NCBI GenBank assembly: GCA_039000985.1
Contig: JAWBMD010000013.1
Location: forward strand, 1 to 27,624
From: Candidatus Aenigmatarchaeota archaeon
GTDB lineage: Archaea > Aenigmatarchaeota > Aenigmatarchaeia > CG10238-14 > SpSt-28
Direction of reading: 5' to 3'
Length of the DNA stretch: 27,624 bases
The translations under genes and the position numbers were made by a program. This document shows, one piece after another, positions 1 through 8,888 of the stretch. The first letter of the stretch is position 1; each line of letters starts with the position of its first letter. The notes beneath the pieces are model-generated. The model saw only the letters and a list, made by a program, of their open reading frames with translations. It was not told where the DNA came from and searched no databases.

Positions 1-338
1 ATGGGAACTCTAGTAAATAATTTAAAAGGAAGATTAGTTGTATTGTTAAATGACCCGAATTATACGAGATATAGCGAGTTGGCGCTATATTCCTGTATTA
101 ATTATGCTATTAAAAAAATATATTTGGACCATCTGAAAAATGGTATTTTGCTGGAAAGTTTTAAAATTAGATATTTACTGAATATTAGCGGTAATTCTTC
201 CGCTAATTTGCCAACAGATTTTTTAAAACCATTGGAGGTATATAGAATTGTTAACTATAAAAAAATTCCTATTGATTGGGGATTGGCTGGAGAAGTAAAT
301 CGTCCCAATGTTTATGTGCTTTTTGATATACGAAATCG
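1..338 (+). mobile_element. Foreign, possibly viral, segment encoding a head-tail adaptor-like sequence
   Basis: Hand count: 9 CpG in 1-338 versus 4 in 339-1260; CGT/CGA/CGA Arg codons. Pattern RL..LLND....RYS...L...IN.A...I ... LP.DF.....VY recalls tailed-virus adaptor proteins (from memory, not searched). Confidence 0.4.
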
Positions 339-570
339 AAAAATTTTTAATTATTCAAAAATTTTAGAAATTAGAATGACTAAGGGTGTAAAAGAAGAGC
401 TAATAGAGCTTGTTAGTTTAAAAGGAATAGGAAGAGTAAGAGCGAGAAATCTTTATAATGCTGGCTTTAAAACTTTAGATGATTTGAAAAAGGCAAAAAT
501 AGAAGATTTAATAAAAGTTAGAGGAATTGGTATAGAAATAGTAAAAAATATAAAAGAAGAGTTAAGCTAA
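1..570 (+). CDS. Chimeric ORF: phage head-tail adaptor-like N-terminal part fused in frame to the Hel308 C-terminal helix-hairpin-helix domain
   Basis: Single open frame. Last ~70 aa (LEIRMTKGVKEELIELVSLKGIGRVRARNLYNAG...VRGIG) match Hel308 domain 5 with the RAR motif. First ~112 aa show no helicase motifs and differ in CpG and Arg codon use. Confidence 0.6.
   Translation: MGTLVNNLKGRLVVLLNDPNYTRYSELALYSCINYAIKKIYLDHLKNGILLESFKIRYLLNISGNSSANLPTDFLKPLEVYRIVNYKKIPIDWGLAGEVNRPNVYVLFDIRNRKIFNYSKILEIRMTKGVKEELIELVSLKGIGRVRARNLYNAGFKTLDDLKKAKIEDLIKVRGIGIEIVKNIKEELS
355..570 (+). pseudogene. hel308: 3' fragment of Hel308 (Hjm) Ski2-like helicase; helicase core absent
   Basis: GVKEEL..L..LKGIGRVRAR.LYNAG and a second GIG HhH are the diagnostic Hel308 C-terminus. 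Left boundary approximate. Confidence 0.7.
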
Positions 571-875
571 AATTTGTTAACCCAATCTAAAAATTCCTTA
601 AGACCTTTTCCTATTTTTATTGCTGAAATATCCGGCAAGCTATAGCTATGCAATTCTTTAACTCTCTCAACAACTTTTTTCAAATTATTTTTAGGACATT
701 TTAAAAGCAATAAAGACTCTTTACTTTTCTCAATTTTACCTCCCCACCAATACTGAGAGCCAATTTCTTTTATTATGTTTATGCAAGCTACTAATCTTTC
801 TTCTAATAATGTTTTTCCAATTTTTTCAGCTTCTTTATAGTTTTTACATGTTATGTAGATTAGATAATATCCCAT
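567..875 (-). CDS. cutA: Divalent-cation tolerance protein CutA
   Basis: LIYITC...EAEKIGKTLLEERLVACINI...S.YWW.G.IE...E..LLLK...VKELHSY.LP.I signature. Start moved to ATG at 875 (MGYY) to give the usual ~100 aa and avoid overlap with thrS. Confidence 0.93.
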   Translation of the reverse strand: MGYYLIYITCKNYKEAEKIGKTLLEERLVACINIIKEIGSQYWWGGKIEKSKESLLLLKCPKNNLKKVVERVKELHSYSLPDISAIKIGKGLKEFLDWVNKF

Positions 876-910
876 ATCAAAATTTATTACATCGCAAAAG
901 AAAAATATAT

Positions 911-2713
911 ATGAAAGTTTTGCTTTTGCATTCAAATTTTATTGAATTTGAACCAATAAAAAAGGAAATAGAACTGGCTGAAGAATTTGAGAAAAAAATT
1001 TATAGATTTGATAATTTGCTTGTTTCTTTTGTTGCAATTGAAAAGGGAGATAATGAAAAAACTGTTGAAGAATTTATTAATCAAGTTAAAAAAGTTATGG
1101 AAAATTTAAATGTTAGCAAGCTTTTAATATATCCATATTCCCATTTATCAAAAAATTTAGAAAATCCGAGTGAAGCATTAAAACTAATTAAAAAAGTAGA
1201 AGCTTTAGCAAAAGAAAGTAAAATAGAAGTTTATAGAGCACCTTTTGGTTGGAATAAAAGATTTTCAATAAGTGTGAAAGGGCATCCATTAGCTGAGCAA
1301 TATAAAGAAATTAAAGAAAAAGAAGAGCAGAAAAAAGTAACAAAAAAATATTTTATTTTAACAAAAAATTGTGAAATAAAAAATATTGATAATTATGAAT
1401 TCAAAAATGAAAATTTTAAAATATTGGTTGAGCAAGAAGCATTAGGAATTAAAGAAGTCGAAAATAGAGAGCCAAGCTATATAAATTTTTTGAAAAAATT
1501 CGGTATTGAGTGGGAATCATTTTCCGATATTGGACATATGAGATATAATCCTTTTGGTTGTTTTATTTTGGATTCAGCAAGCAAATATGTTGAAAATATA
1601 GTTAAAAGCCTACCAATACCAGTTTATTTTGTTAAAGGAACAAATATGTTTGATTTGAAAAGAAAAGCAATAGCCGAGCATGCTTCATTGTTTGGGAGTA
1701 GGATGTATCAAGTTAATTTGGATGATAAGCAGTTAATTTTAAGATATGCTGCTTGCTTTCAGCAATTTTCAATGGTTAAAGATTGGAATATTAGTTATAA
1801 AAACTTACCTTTTGGAATGTTTGAAATTGCAGATAGTTATAGATTTGAGCAATCAGGAGAGCTATTATTAAGTTTTAGAACGAGAAAGCTTACAATGCCA
1901 GATTTACATGTTTTTTGCAAAGATATGGAAGAAGCTAAAGAAGTGTTTTTATATTTACATAATTTAATTCATTCCGAGATTGAAAAGCTTGGTAGAAAAT
2001 ATGTATCTCTTTATAATTTAACATCCAAAAAATTTTTAGAAAACAATCTAGATTTTTTCAAAAAATTATTGGAAAGAGAAAGTAGTGATGTATTAGTTTG
2101 TGTTTATGAAGGTGAATCAAACTATTATTGGGTTTTGAATATAGAGTATCATATAATAGATGAGCTTAAAAGGGCTAGGGAAATAGGTACAATTCAAATA
2201 GATATTGGTAATGCTGAAAGATTTGATATAAAATATATCGATAGTGAAGGTAAACCAAAAAGACCCATTATATTGCATTCAGCTATAATTGGTTCTTTAG
2301 AAAGGTTTATTTACACAATTTTTGATAATTTAGTTAGAGAAAATATACCTAAGCTACCAATATGGTTAGCTCCTATACAAGTTAGAATTATACCACTTTC
2401 AGAAAAATATTTGGAAGATGCTTTATTGCTTGCTGAAGCTTTAAAAGAAAATGGAGTTAGAGTTGATGTTGATGATAGAAGTGAAAAGGTTGAGAAAAAA
2501 GTAAGGGATGCAGAAGTTTCATTAATAAATTATATAATAGTTTTTGGTGAAAGAGAAAAAACTGATAAAATATTAAGTGTTAGAAAAAGAGGAGAAGGAA
2601 TTGTAAGAATGAAATTAGATGAATTAATAAATGAAATAAAAAATTTGGAGAAAGATTATCCATCTTTAGAAATAAATTTACCAATACTTCTTTCAAAAAG
2701 ACCAATATTTTAA
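911..2713 (+). CDS. thrS: Threonine--tRNA ligase, archaeal type with N-terminal editing domain
   Basis: MKVLLLHS start, YPYSHLS and RAPFGW..KGHPLAE editing domain, LRYAAC, YRFEQSGEL, MPDLH, ILHSAIIGSLERF, anticodon-binding domain WLAPIQVRIIP. Start set at ATG 911. Confidence 0.97.
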   Translation: MKVLLLHSNFIEFEPIKKEIELAEEFEKKIYRFDNLLVSFVAIEKGDNEKTVEEFINQVKKVMENLNVSKLLIYPYSHLSKNLENPSEALKLIKKVEALAKESKIEVYRAPFGWNKRFSISVKGHPLAEQYKEIKEKEEQKKVTKKYFILTKNCEIKNIDNYEFKNENFKILVEQEALGIKEVENREPSYINFLKKFGIEWESFSDIGHMRYNPFGCFILDSASKYVENIVKSLPIPVYFVKGTNMFDLKRKAIAEHASLFGSRMYQVNLDDKQLILRYAACFQQFSMVKDWNISYKNLPFGMFEIADSYRFEQSGELLLSFRTRKLTMPDLHVFCKDMEEAKEVFLYLHNLIHSEIEKLGRKYVSLYNLTSKKFLENNLDFFKKLLERESSDVLVCVYEGESNYYWVLNIEYHIIDELKRAREIGTIQIDIGNAERFDIKYIDSEGKPKRPIILHSAIIGSLERFIYTIFDNLVRENIPKLPIWLAPIQVRIIPLSEKYLEDALLLAEALKENGVRVDVDDRSEKVEKKVRDAEVSLINYIIVFGEREKTDKILSVRKRGEGIVRMKLDELINEIKNLEKDYPSLEINLPILLSKRPIF

Positions 2714-3396
2714 TGTTCAAACTAGTTTTGAATTATCCAGCCATATTCATACAAAAAATTTCTTCAATAGTAATAGCGGATTTACATATTGGAATAGAGA
2801 GAGAAATTGGTATAAATATTAATGCAAGCATTAATAAACTTGTAGAAAATATTTTAAAAATTGCTAAAAGTACAAAAGCTAAAAATTTGGTAATATTGGG
2901 TGATGTTAAACATGAAATAGTAGAAATAGAGAAATACCTTTTATATTTTTTTGAAGGAATAAAGAACGAATTTGAAAAAATTTTTATTTGTAAGGGTAAT
3001 CATGATGCTTTAATAGAGAAAAACATTAATTTTGAAAATGTTGAAATAAAAGGTTCGAGGGGTTTTAAGTTAGATAGATTTGGATTTTTTCATGGTCATG
3101 CTAAACCATTAGAAGAAGTTAAAAAATGTAGTAAAATTTTTCTAGGTCATTTTCAACCAGCTATAAAAATTGATGAAAAAGTTGAAAAATGTTTTTTAAT
3201 ATCAAAAAAATTTGTCATATTACCTTCTTTTAATCCATTTTCTGGTTATTTCGATATTAGTGAAATAAAGTTGCCATCCTTTTTAAAAGTTAAAAAGCTT
3301 GATGTTTACTTGCTTAATGGAGTTAAAGTAAAAGAAATAGCCCCGGGCGGATTCGAACCGCCGTCTCCGGGTTTCTTTCATTTTTCAAAGCTTTGA
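2713..3396 (+). CDS. Calcineurin-like metallophosphoesterase (archaeal COG1407-like)
   Basis: Motifs ADLHIG, LGDVKH, KGNHD, FHGH, GHFQP, LPSFNP; TAATG stop/start overlap with thrS. Confidence 0.88.
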   Translation: MFKLVLNYPAIFIQKISSIVIADLHIGIEREIGININASINKLVENILKIAKSTKAKNLVILGDVKHEIVEIEKYLLYFFEGIKNEFEKIFICKGNHDALIEKNINFENVEIKGSRGFKLDRFGFFHGHAKPLEEVKKCSKIFLGHFQPAIKIDEKVEKCFLISKKFVILPSFNPFSGYFDISEIKLPSFLKVKKLDVYLLNGVKVKEIAPGGFEPPSPGFFHFSKL

Positions 3397-3437
3397 TGAC
3401 CAAAGCCCGACATCCTTGGCCACTAGACGACGGGGCT
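3338..3437 (-). tRNA. tRNA-Gln(TTG) with 27-nt intron at canonical position 37/38; CCA not encoded
   Basis: Minus strand: AGCCCCG/CGGGGCT acceptor (A1-U72, typical of archaeal tRNA-Gln), anticodon stem TCGGG/CCCGG, loop CT-TTG-G^A, T arm GGCGG-TTCGAAT-CCGCC. Confidence 0.96.
3373..3399 (-). other. tRNA intron with bulge-helix-bulge splice motif
   Basis: GGG-CTTT-GG^T-CAT...ATG-AAAG-AA^A-CCC gives a 4-bp central helix flanked by two 3-nt bulges. Confidence 0.92.
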
Positions 3438-3474
3438 TTCTAATTTTTTTATAAAAATAGCAAAATAAATAATT

Positions 3475-4347
3475 TTATGGTGAAATAGCAAATGCTTGAT
3501 ATTTGTAAATGGTAACAGTATATGTGGTTATTATTTCTATTCTGCTATAAACTTCCGCAACATTAGCTGTATATTTAAATTCACATCTAAATGGAACTTT
3601 TTCTTTTAGCTGCATTCTGTTAGCTCTTTCAATTGATTTAGAAAAATCTTCACAATTTTGAATCATACTTTTTTCAGCAGACATCACATTAACTTCTTTT
3701 ATATTAAAATCTACTTTTTCTTTATACATTCTTGGCAATAAATAAAATTCTATTTTAAATGGTTGATTAACTGTACCCCAATATTCTTTTATTACTTCAT
3801 CATTTTCCACTTTTATATTTCCAATAGGTGGAGAAACTTCTATATGCACATAACCAAAGTTTTCATCATCTTCTCTATAACTTGAACTTGGTCTTTTTAC
3901 AGTTATACCATCTATGATTGGAACTAAAAGTGTTTTTTTGTTTTCAAAATCAAAAGAATAGGAGAATATAATAGTAGAAGGTATGCTTGTTTCCACATGC
4001 TCCGGTGCATATAGCTCTACAGAACATATTTTTGATTGGAATGGATCTATTGTTATTGATAAGCTTTTACCTTTATTATTACCACAAGTGACTTCATAAT
4101 CTTTAAAAGCTGATAAATCAATAACTTTGATGTTCTTTATTGTTAAAGGATTTCTACACTTATTTGTTAATGTGAAAAGAATTTGTGTTTTTCCTCCTGT
4201 AGAAACTTGTAAAGTGGAAACTCTATAATTTTCTAATGTTATTCCTTCTGGATTTAAGCAATATAAAAGGCTTACTTTACCTTTGTCATAGGTAACACAT
4301 CCAGATAAAAAAACTACTAAAAGCATTAATAAAGTTATTTTCTTCAT
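3475..4347 (-). CDS. Putative lipoprotein, beta-rich extracellular domain; paralog of 15512-16342
   Basis: MKK + hydrophobic core + FLSGC lipobox-like motif; ATG at 4347 preferred to TTG at 4353. Confidence 0.75.
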   Translation of the reverse strand: MKKITLLMLLVVFLSGCVTYDKGKVSLLYCLNPEGITLENYRVSTLQVSTGGKTQILFTLTNKCRNPLTIKNIKVIDLSAFKDYEVTCGNNKGKSLSITIDPFQSKICSVELYAPEHVETSIPSTIIFSYSFDFENKKTLLVPIIDGITVKRPSSSYREDDENFGYVHIEVSPPIGNIKVENDEVIKEYWGTVNQPFKIEFYLLPRMYKEKVDFNIKEVNVMSAEKSMIQNCEDFSKSIERANRMQLKEKVPFRCEFKYTANVAEVYSRIEIITTYTVTIYKYQAFAISP

Positions 4348-4377
4348 AATCAATTTTTGAAATCTTAAATATTAATT

Positions 4378-6402
4378 ATGAGAATAGTAATAATAGGCAT
4401 ATTTTTAATTCTTTTCGAATATGCTTTTAGTCTTCCCTTTATTACCAATCCTATTCCCTCAAACAATACTTTTATTAGAGGGGATATAGGCGATTTGTTT
4501 CAAATAAATGTAGAATCTCCAACACTACAATCAGCATATGTGAGTATAAGAGTTGATGATCCTACTTCAGTTTGGGAAAGAATTCCATTGAATTGCTATA
4601 ATTTTACAAGTTTCTACATATGTAATACTACTATTCCTGGTTTGCAAGCATTGGTTTCAGAAATGCAAAGACTTCTATATTTTTTCGAAGCTATTGATAA
4701 CGATGGAAGTAGCAACTATGGAGATATGTATAATCCTCTAAGAGTTATTGTGGATAGAACTGCCCCAAGAATTTTGGAATATCCAATAAATGAAACTTAT
4801 ATTAGTAGTAATACTTTTCTTAAACTGAAAGCAGAGGACAGAATATCATATGTAGATCCGAGCAAGAGTTATTTTATTTATGAAATTAATAGCATGAATT
4901 ATACTGATGCAAGCTTTACTTTTATAGAGGGTAATACTTTTTTAGTAAATATAAATACATCTAGCTTTATTAATAACCAGACTTTAAATGTTTATGCACA
5001 TATTTGTGATGTTGTTAGAAATTGTTTAGAGGAAAATATTGGTACTTTTTTTGTAGATAATGAACTTCCAACTATTATAGAAGTCTATCCAAGAGATAAT
5101 GTAACTATATTTGGAGTTCAAACATTTTATGTTAAAGCAACTGATTATTTCTCAAAAATAGAGAAAGCGGGGTTTTATATATCAAATACTTTTTTTCCTC
5201 TTTCTTGTTCAGAAGAATTTTGCTCTACTTATTTTGATAGCAGAAGCTTTGTTGATAAAACTTATGATATTTTGTTTATTGTTTATGACAAGGCAAATAA
5301 TTCCGATTCTGTTCTTGAGAAATTCACAATAGATAACACAAGAGCAGCAATATTAATAAATACAACAAGAGAGTACTTAAGTGGGAATGTTAAATTTGAG
5401 ATAATAGTAGGAAATATTAGGTATATAAAGCAAGCTAAAATGAGGGTTGCTAACCAAGAGTATATTATGAATTGCACAGATTTATATTGTTACTATTTTT
5501 TCAATACAAAAAATCTTATAGACGGTTCTTATTGGATATTTTTTAGTGTTCTTAGTGAGTCTGATATTCTTTCGGAATCTGGAATGAAATATTATATAGA
5601 TAATACTCCACCATCTATCCAGCAATTTAAAGTCAACTATAAAGATAATAATTTAGAGGTTTCATTTATTGCAATGGATGAGAATTTAGACCCATCATAT
5701 CCTAAAGCTTTTTCGAATGATACTGAGTTGAAATTACATTGCACGAAAGTTTTTGAAAAAGCATTAGATTGTAATCATAAATCAACTGTGCCTCTGGGCA
5801 ATAAAGTATATGAAGTAAAGGTTTATGCTAAAGATTTGGCAGATAATGAGGAAATTAAAAGTACTTTTATAAATTTGATGGATTTAGAAAAACCAAATAA
5901 AGTTGGTGAAACTTTACCAGAAGGTGAAAATAAAAGTATGGAGGAAGAGGAAAAACCAAATAAAGTTGGTGAAACTTTACCAGAAGGTGAAAATAAAAGT
6001 ATGGAGGAAGAGGAAAAACCAACAAACATTTTTACTTTTGTGGTTGAAAATATTTCACGAAACTTAGGAAAAATAACCACATTAGTCTTCATAGTTACTT
6101 CTCTTCTATTTGTCGCTTTATTGATTTCATTATTCTTATTGAAGAAACCCAAACCTAAAATGATTGTAGGAAATGAAAAAGAAGCAATAGATATGTGTAT
6201 AAAGATGTTGAGTATAGAAAGCGGAAATTTGGAAAAAGAAAAGAATATAATAAAAAGTGTTGAATCAATTTTATTAGCTTCTTCTATTAACGAAGATAGA
6301 AAGTCTAAAGCATTGAGTTTAATAAAAGAAATATATTCTGAAAAGGATTTAAATAAAATTTATTTGTTAAAGAAGGATTTAATAAGAATTCTTTCCCAAT
6401 AA
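4378..6402 (+). CDS. Membrane-anchored surface protein with tandem Ig-like domains
   Basis: Signal peptide; repeated VDRTAP/VDNELP/IDNTRA/IDNTPP linkers with D(K/L)A(N/D)N strands; paired Cys per domain; many N-x-S/T sequons; C-terminal TM followed by KKPKPK and a ~80 aa cytoplasmic tail. Confidence 0.8.
   Translation: MRIVIIGIFLILFEYAFSLPFITNPIPSNNTFIRGDIGDLFQINVESPTLQSAYVSIRVDDPTSVWERIPLNCYNFTSFYICNTTIPGLQALVSEMQRLLYFFEAIDNDGSSNYGDMYNPLRVIVDRTAPRILEYPINETYISSNTFLKLKAEDRISYVDPSKSYFIYEINSMNYTDASFTFIEGNTFLVNINTSSFINNQTLNVYAHICDVVRNCLEENIGTFFVDNELPTIIEVYPRDNVTIFGVQTFYVKATDYFSKIEKAGFYISNTFFPLSCSEEFCSTYFDSRSFVDKTYDILFIVYDKANNSDSVLEKFTIDNTRAAILINTTREYLSGNVKFEIIVGNIRYIKQAKMRVANQEYIMNCTDLYCYYFFNTKNLIDGSYWIFFSVLSESDILSESGMKYYIDNTPPSIQQFKVNYKDNNLEVSFIAMDENLDPSYPKAFSNDTELKLHCTKVFEKALDCNHKSTVPLGNKVYEVKVYAKDLADNEEIKSTFINLMDLEKPNKVGETLPEGENKSMEEEEKPNKVGETLPEGENKSMEEEEKPTNIFTFVVENISRNLGKITTLVFIVTSLLFVALLISLFLLKKPKPKMIVGNEKEAIDMCIKMLSIESGNLEKEKNIIKSVESILLASSINEDRKSKALSLIKEIYSEKDLNKIYLLKKDLIRILSQ
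5887..6022 (+). repeat. Perfect 63-bp in-frame tandem repeat (2 copies plus 10 bp)
   Basis: 5887-5949 = 5950-6012, encoding EKPNKVGETLPEGENKSMEEE twice, followed by GAAAAACCAA. Confidence 0.97.
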
Positions 6403-6426
6403 AATTCTACTTGCTTAATTTTAGTT

Positions 6427-8502
6427 GTGGAATATCTTTTACCTGAAGCAAGTTATTTCCAAAAGTTTGTTGAGGAAGAAAAGAAAAGCCTAAATTTATT
6501 TGAAAGACTTTCTAAGATTTCTTACAGAATTTTAAGATTAAACTGTCCACCAAGCATGAAAAAAGCTTGGTCTGATTATATTTTTTTGTCAGGTTTAAAA
6601 GCTAATGAAAATGAGATATTTTCTTTGTTTGTATTTTCTTTAATCATTTCAACTTTAATATTTCAACCAATATCTATGATGGATATACCAAGCTCTTTGA
6701 TATTTCTAATTTTTATTCCATTTATTGCTTACAATGTTTATACATTTCCAAAGTTTTATGCTGATGTTATAAGGATAAGAGCTGGCAATGAGATGGTTAG
6801 TATAATTTTGTATATGGTTTCATATCTTTCTCTTTCTCCAGTTTATGAAAAAGCAGTTAGTTTTGCAGCATATAGATGTCATGGTCCATTAGGAAAAGAT
6901 TTCAAAAAAGTAATGTGGTATGTTTTAAGTGGTGAGTGTAAAAATGTAAAAGAAGCTTTAGGTAGATTTAGCAGGAAATGGAGTTTATGGAGTGAAGAAT
7001 TTGTTGAAACACTTATATTGCTTCAGCTAGTAGAGTTACAACCAAATCCTGAGAAAAGAGAAGAAATAATGAAAGTTGCTGTTGAAAAAATAATGAAATC
7101 CATGATTTCTAGAATGGAGAATTATGCAATTTCATTAAAACAACCAATGCTTTTGATACTTTTTGGTGGTATATTATTACCATTGCTTGCATTAGTCGCC
7201 TTTCCTCTTATTAGTATTTTTCTTTCTTCTATTAGAACTATAAATAGCACTTATATAGCTATAGGATATGATGTAATTTTACCATTTTTTCTTTGGTATT
7301 TTCTTTATAGAATAATTTCTAAAAGACCTTCTACATATTCACATTCCGAAAAAATAGAAGAAGTACAACCAGATAAATATTTAAAAATAGGAAAGCTTCA
7401 CATGCCACTTTTACCATTAGCTATATTATTAACATTTACCATAGCTATACCAGCAATTTTTTATCTATTGTATATTGGAGGAGTATATATGACATTAAAG
7501 AATGAAAATCCTCATCCTTTAAAATTACAAGAAGCATGGGCTCAGTTTTTGAAACGTATTTATGAAGATCCTAATGTTACATTATATCATGCTTTTCAAG
7601 CTATGTTTTTAATTTGGGCTATAGGTATTGGAATAATTTTTTATACATTTTTTAGAGTTAGAAGGCCATTTAAGTTATATATTTTTATAAAAGATTTGGA
7701 AAAAGATTTCCAAGATGGTTTATTTGAATTACATGAAGCTTTAAATAGAAACATGCCTATTGAAATGGCTCTAGTTAAGGTTTTGGAACATTATGAAAGA
7801 ATAGGAAAAAGCAATTCTCCAATGGCTATATTTTTTAAAGAAGTTAGAGATATTATATTAGTAAAAGGATTATCAATAGGTGAAGCTTTATTTGGAAAAG
7901 AAGGCATTTTATGGAAATTACCATCATCTTTAATAAAAAATATAATGGGTATAGTTAGTTCTGCTTTGAAAAGAAGTCCAGTTTTAGCTTCTAAGATATC
8001 TAGAGATATTGTTTATTATTTATCGAGAATAGCTGAAGTAGAGGATTTGATAAAGAAAATAACTACAGATATAACATCTCAGCTGGAAATGACAGGTAAA
8101 TTAATAACCCCAATAATGTCTTCAATAATTGCATCATCTGCTGTAATAATAATTCAAATGTTAATATTATTGTCTAAAATTTTATCTCTTATAGAATTAT
8201 ATGCTAATTTAGGAACAGGTATAGGTGTTGCAATAGAAACAAACTTGAAACTTTTAGATTTTAAAAAAGTTTTTCCACCAAGCTTTTTAGAAATAGTTGC
8301 AGGAATTTATATGATAGAAATTACTGTAATAGTTTCTTATTTTTTAACTGGAATATCAAGAGGTTTTGATACTATCTTTAGAGATAAAACAATATATACA
8401 TTCTTAAGTTTAGCTTTGATAATATTTACTGTAGTATTTTTTGTCATGTTACTATTCTTTAAGCCTGTTTTCGAAACAATAATTGGAAGAATGTATAGTT
8501 AA
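6427..8502 (+). CDS. Type IV pilus / T2SS-F family platform membrane protein (ArlJ/TadB-TadC-like, two-repeat form)
   Basis: Two cytoplasmic helical units (LYMVSYLSLSPVYEKAV...GPLGKDFKKV; DGLFELHEALNRNMPIEMAL...SIGEAL) each flanked by TM helices; directly followed by pilin-like genes; GTG start. Confidence 0.8.
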   Translation: MEYLLPEASYFQKFVEEEKKSLNLFERLSKISYRILRLNCPPSMKKAWSDYIFLSGLKANENEIFSLFVFSLIISTLIFQPISMMDIPSSLIFLIFIPFIAYNVYTFPKFYADVIRIRAGNEMVSIILYMVSYLSLSPVYEKAVSFAAYRCHGPLGKDFKKVMWYVLSGECKNVKEALGRFSRKWSLWSEEFVETLILLQLVELQPNPEKREEIMKVAVEKIMKSMISRMENYAISLKQPMLLILFGGILLPLLALVAFPLISIFLSSIRTINSTYIAIGYDVILPFFLWYFLYRIISKRPSTYSHSEKIEEVQPDKYLKIGKLHMPLLPLAILLTFTIAIPAIFYLLYIGGVYMTLKNENPHPLKLQEAWAQFLKRIYEDPNVTLYHAFQAMFLIWAIGIGIIFYTFFRVRRPFKLYIFIKDLEKDFQDGLFELHEALNRNMPIEMALVKVLEHYERIGKSNSPMAIFFKEVRDIILVKGLSIGEALFGKEGILWKLPSSLIKNIMGIVSSALKRSPVLASKISRDIVYYLSRIAEVEDLIKKITTDITSQLEMTGKLITPIMSSIIASSAVIIIQMLILLSKILSLIELYANLGTGIGVAIETNLKLLDFKKVFPPSFLEIVAGIYMIEITVIVSYFLTGISRGFDTIFRDKTIYTFLSLALIIFTVVFFVMLLFFKPVFETIIGRMYS

Positions 8503-8504
8503 AA

Positions 8505-8888
8505 ATGAATTTAAACATTTTATTTTTTACTATAGCCGCAATAATTGCTGCTCTAATTCTTATAACTATATTTTGGAATTATGTAGAAAGGGGGGAAGAA
8601 GAAATTATAGCTGGTGATAAGGATTATGTTATATACAAGCTATTGCAATATTCATATAAATGCTATAGAGAAAATTACGGAAAAGTTTATAGAGTATTGT
8701 GTAAAATCATTAAAATAAATTCTACATCTCCAATAAGTGAAAAGGATATTATTAATAAGGTTAATGAGGATATAATAAGTAAGAATAATTTTGTTATTGA
8801 AGACTTAGGAAGTGTTTCTGTTGTTCATATTTCATTCGATAACAATATAATTTATATAAAGGTAGTAGAAAAACTTTTGGTAGAATGA
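8505..8888 (+). CDS. Small pilin-like membrane protein lacking a basic class III leader
   Basis: N-terminal hydrophobic helix; shares C[WY]-x12-14-C motif and C-terminal beta hairpin with the next three ORFs. Confidence 0.6.
   Translation: MNLNILFFTIAAIIAALILITIFWNYVERGEEEIIAGDKDYVIYKLLQYSYKCYRENYGKVYRVLCKIIKINSTSPISEKDIINKVNEDIISKNNFVIEDLGSVSVVHISFDNNIIYIKVVEKLLVE

Noticed and set aside
339..365. AAAAATTTT direct repeat at the chimera junction as a target-site duplication or att core
   Set aside because: Low-complexity 9-mer expected by chance in this DNA; no integrase or transposase nearby.
5887..6022. 63-bp repeat as a CRISPR array
   Set aside because: Directly tandem, no spacers, in frame within a CDS, no cas genes.
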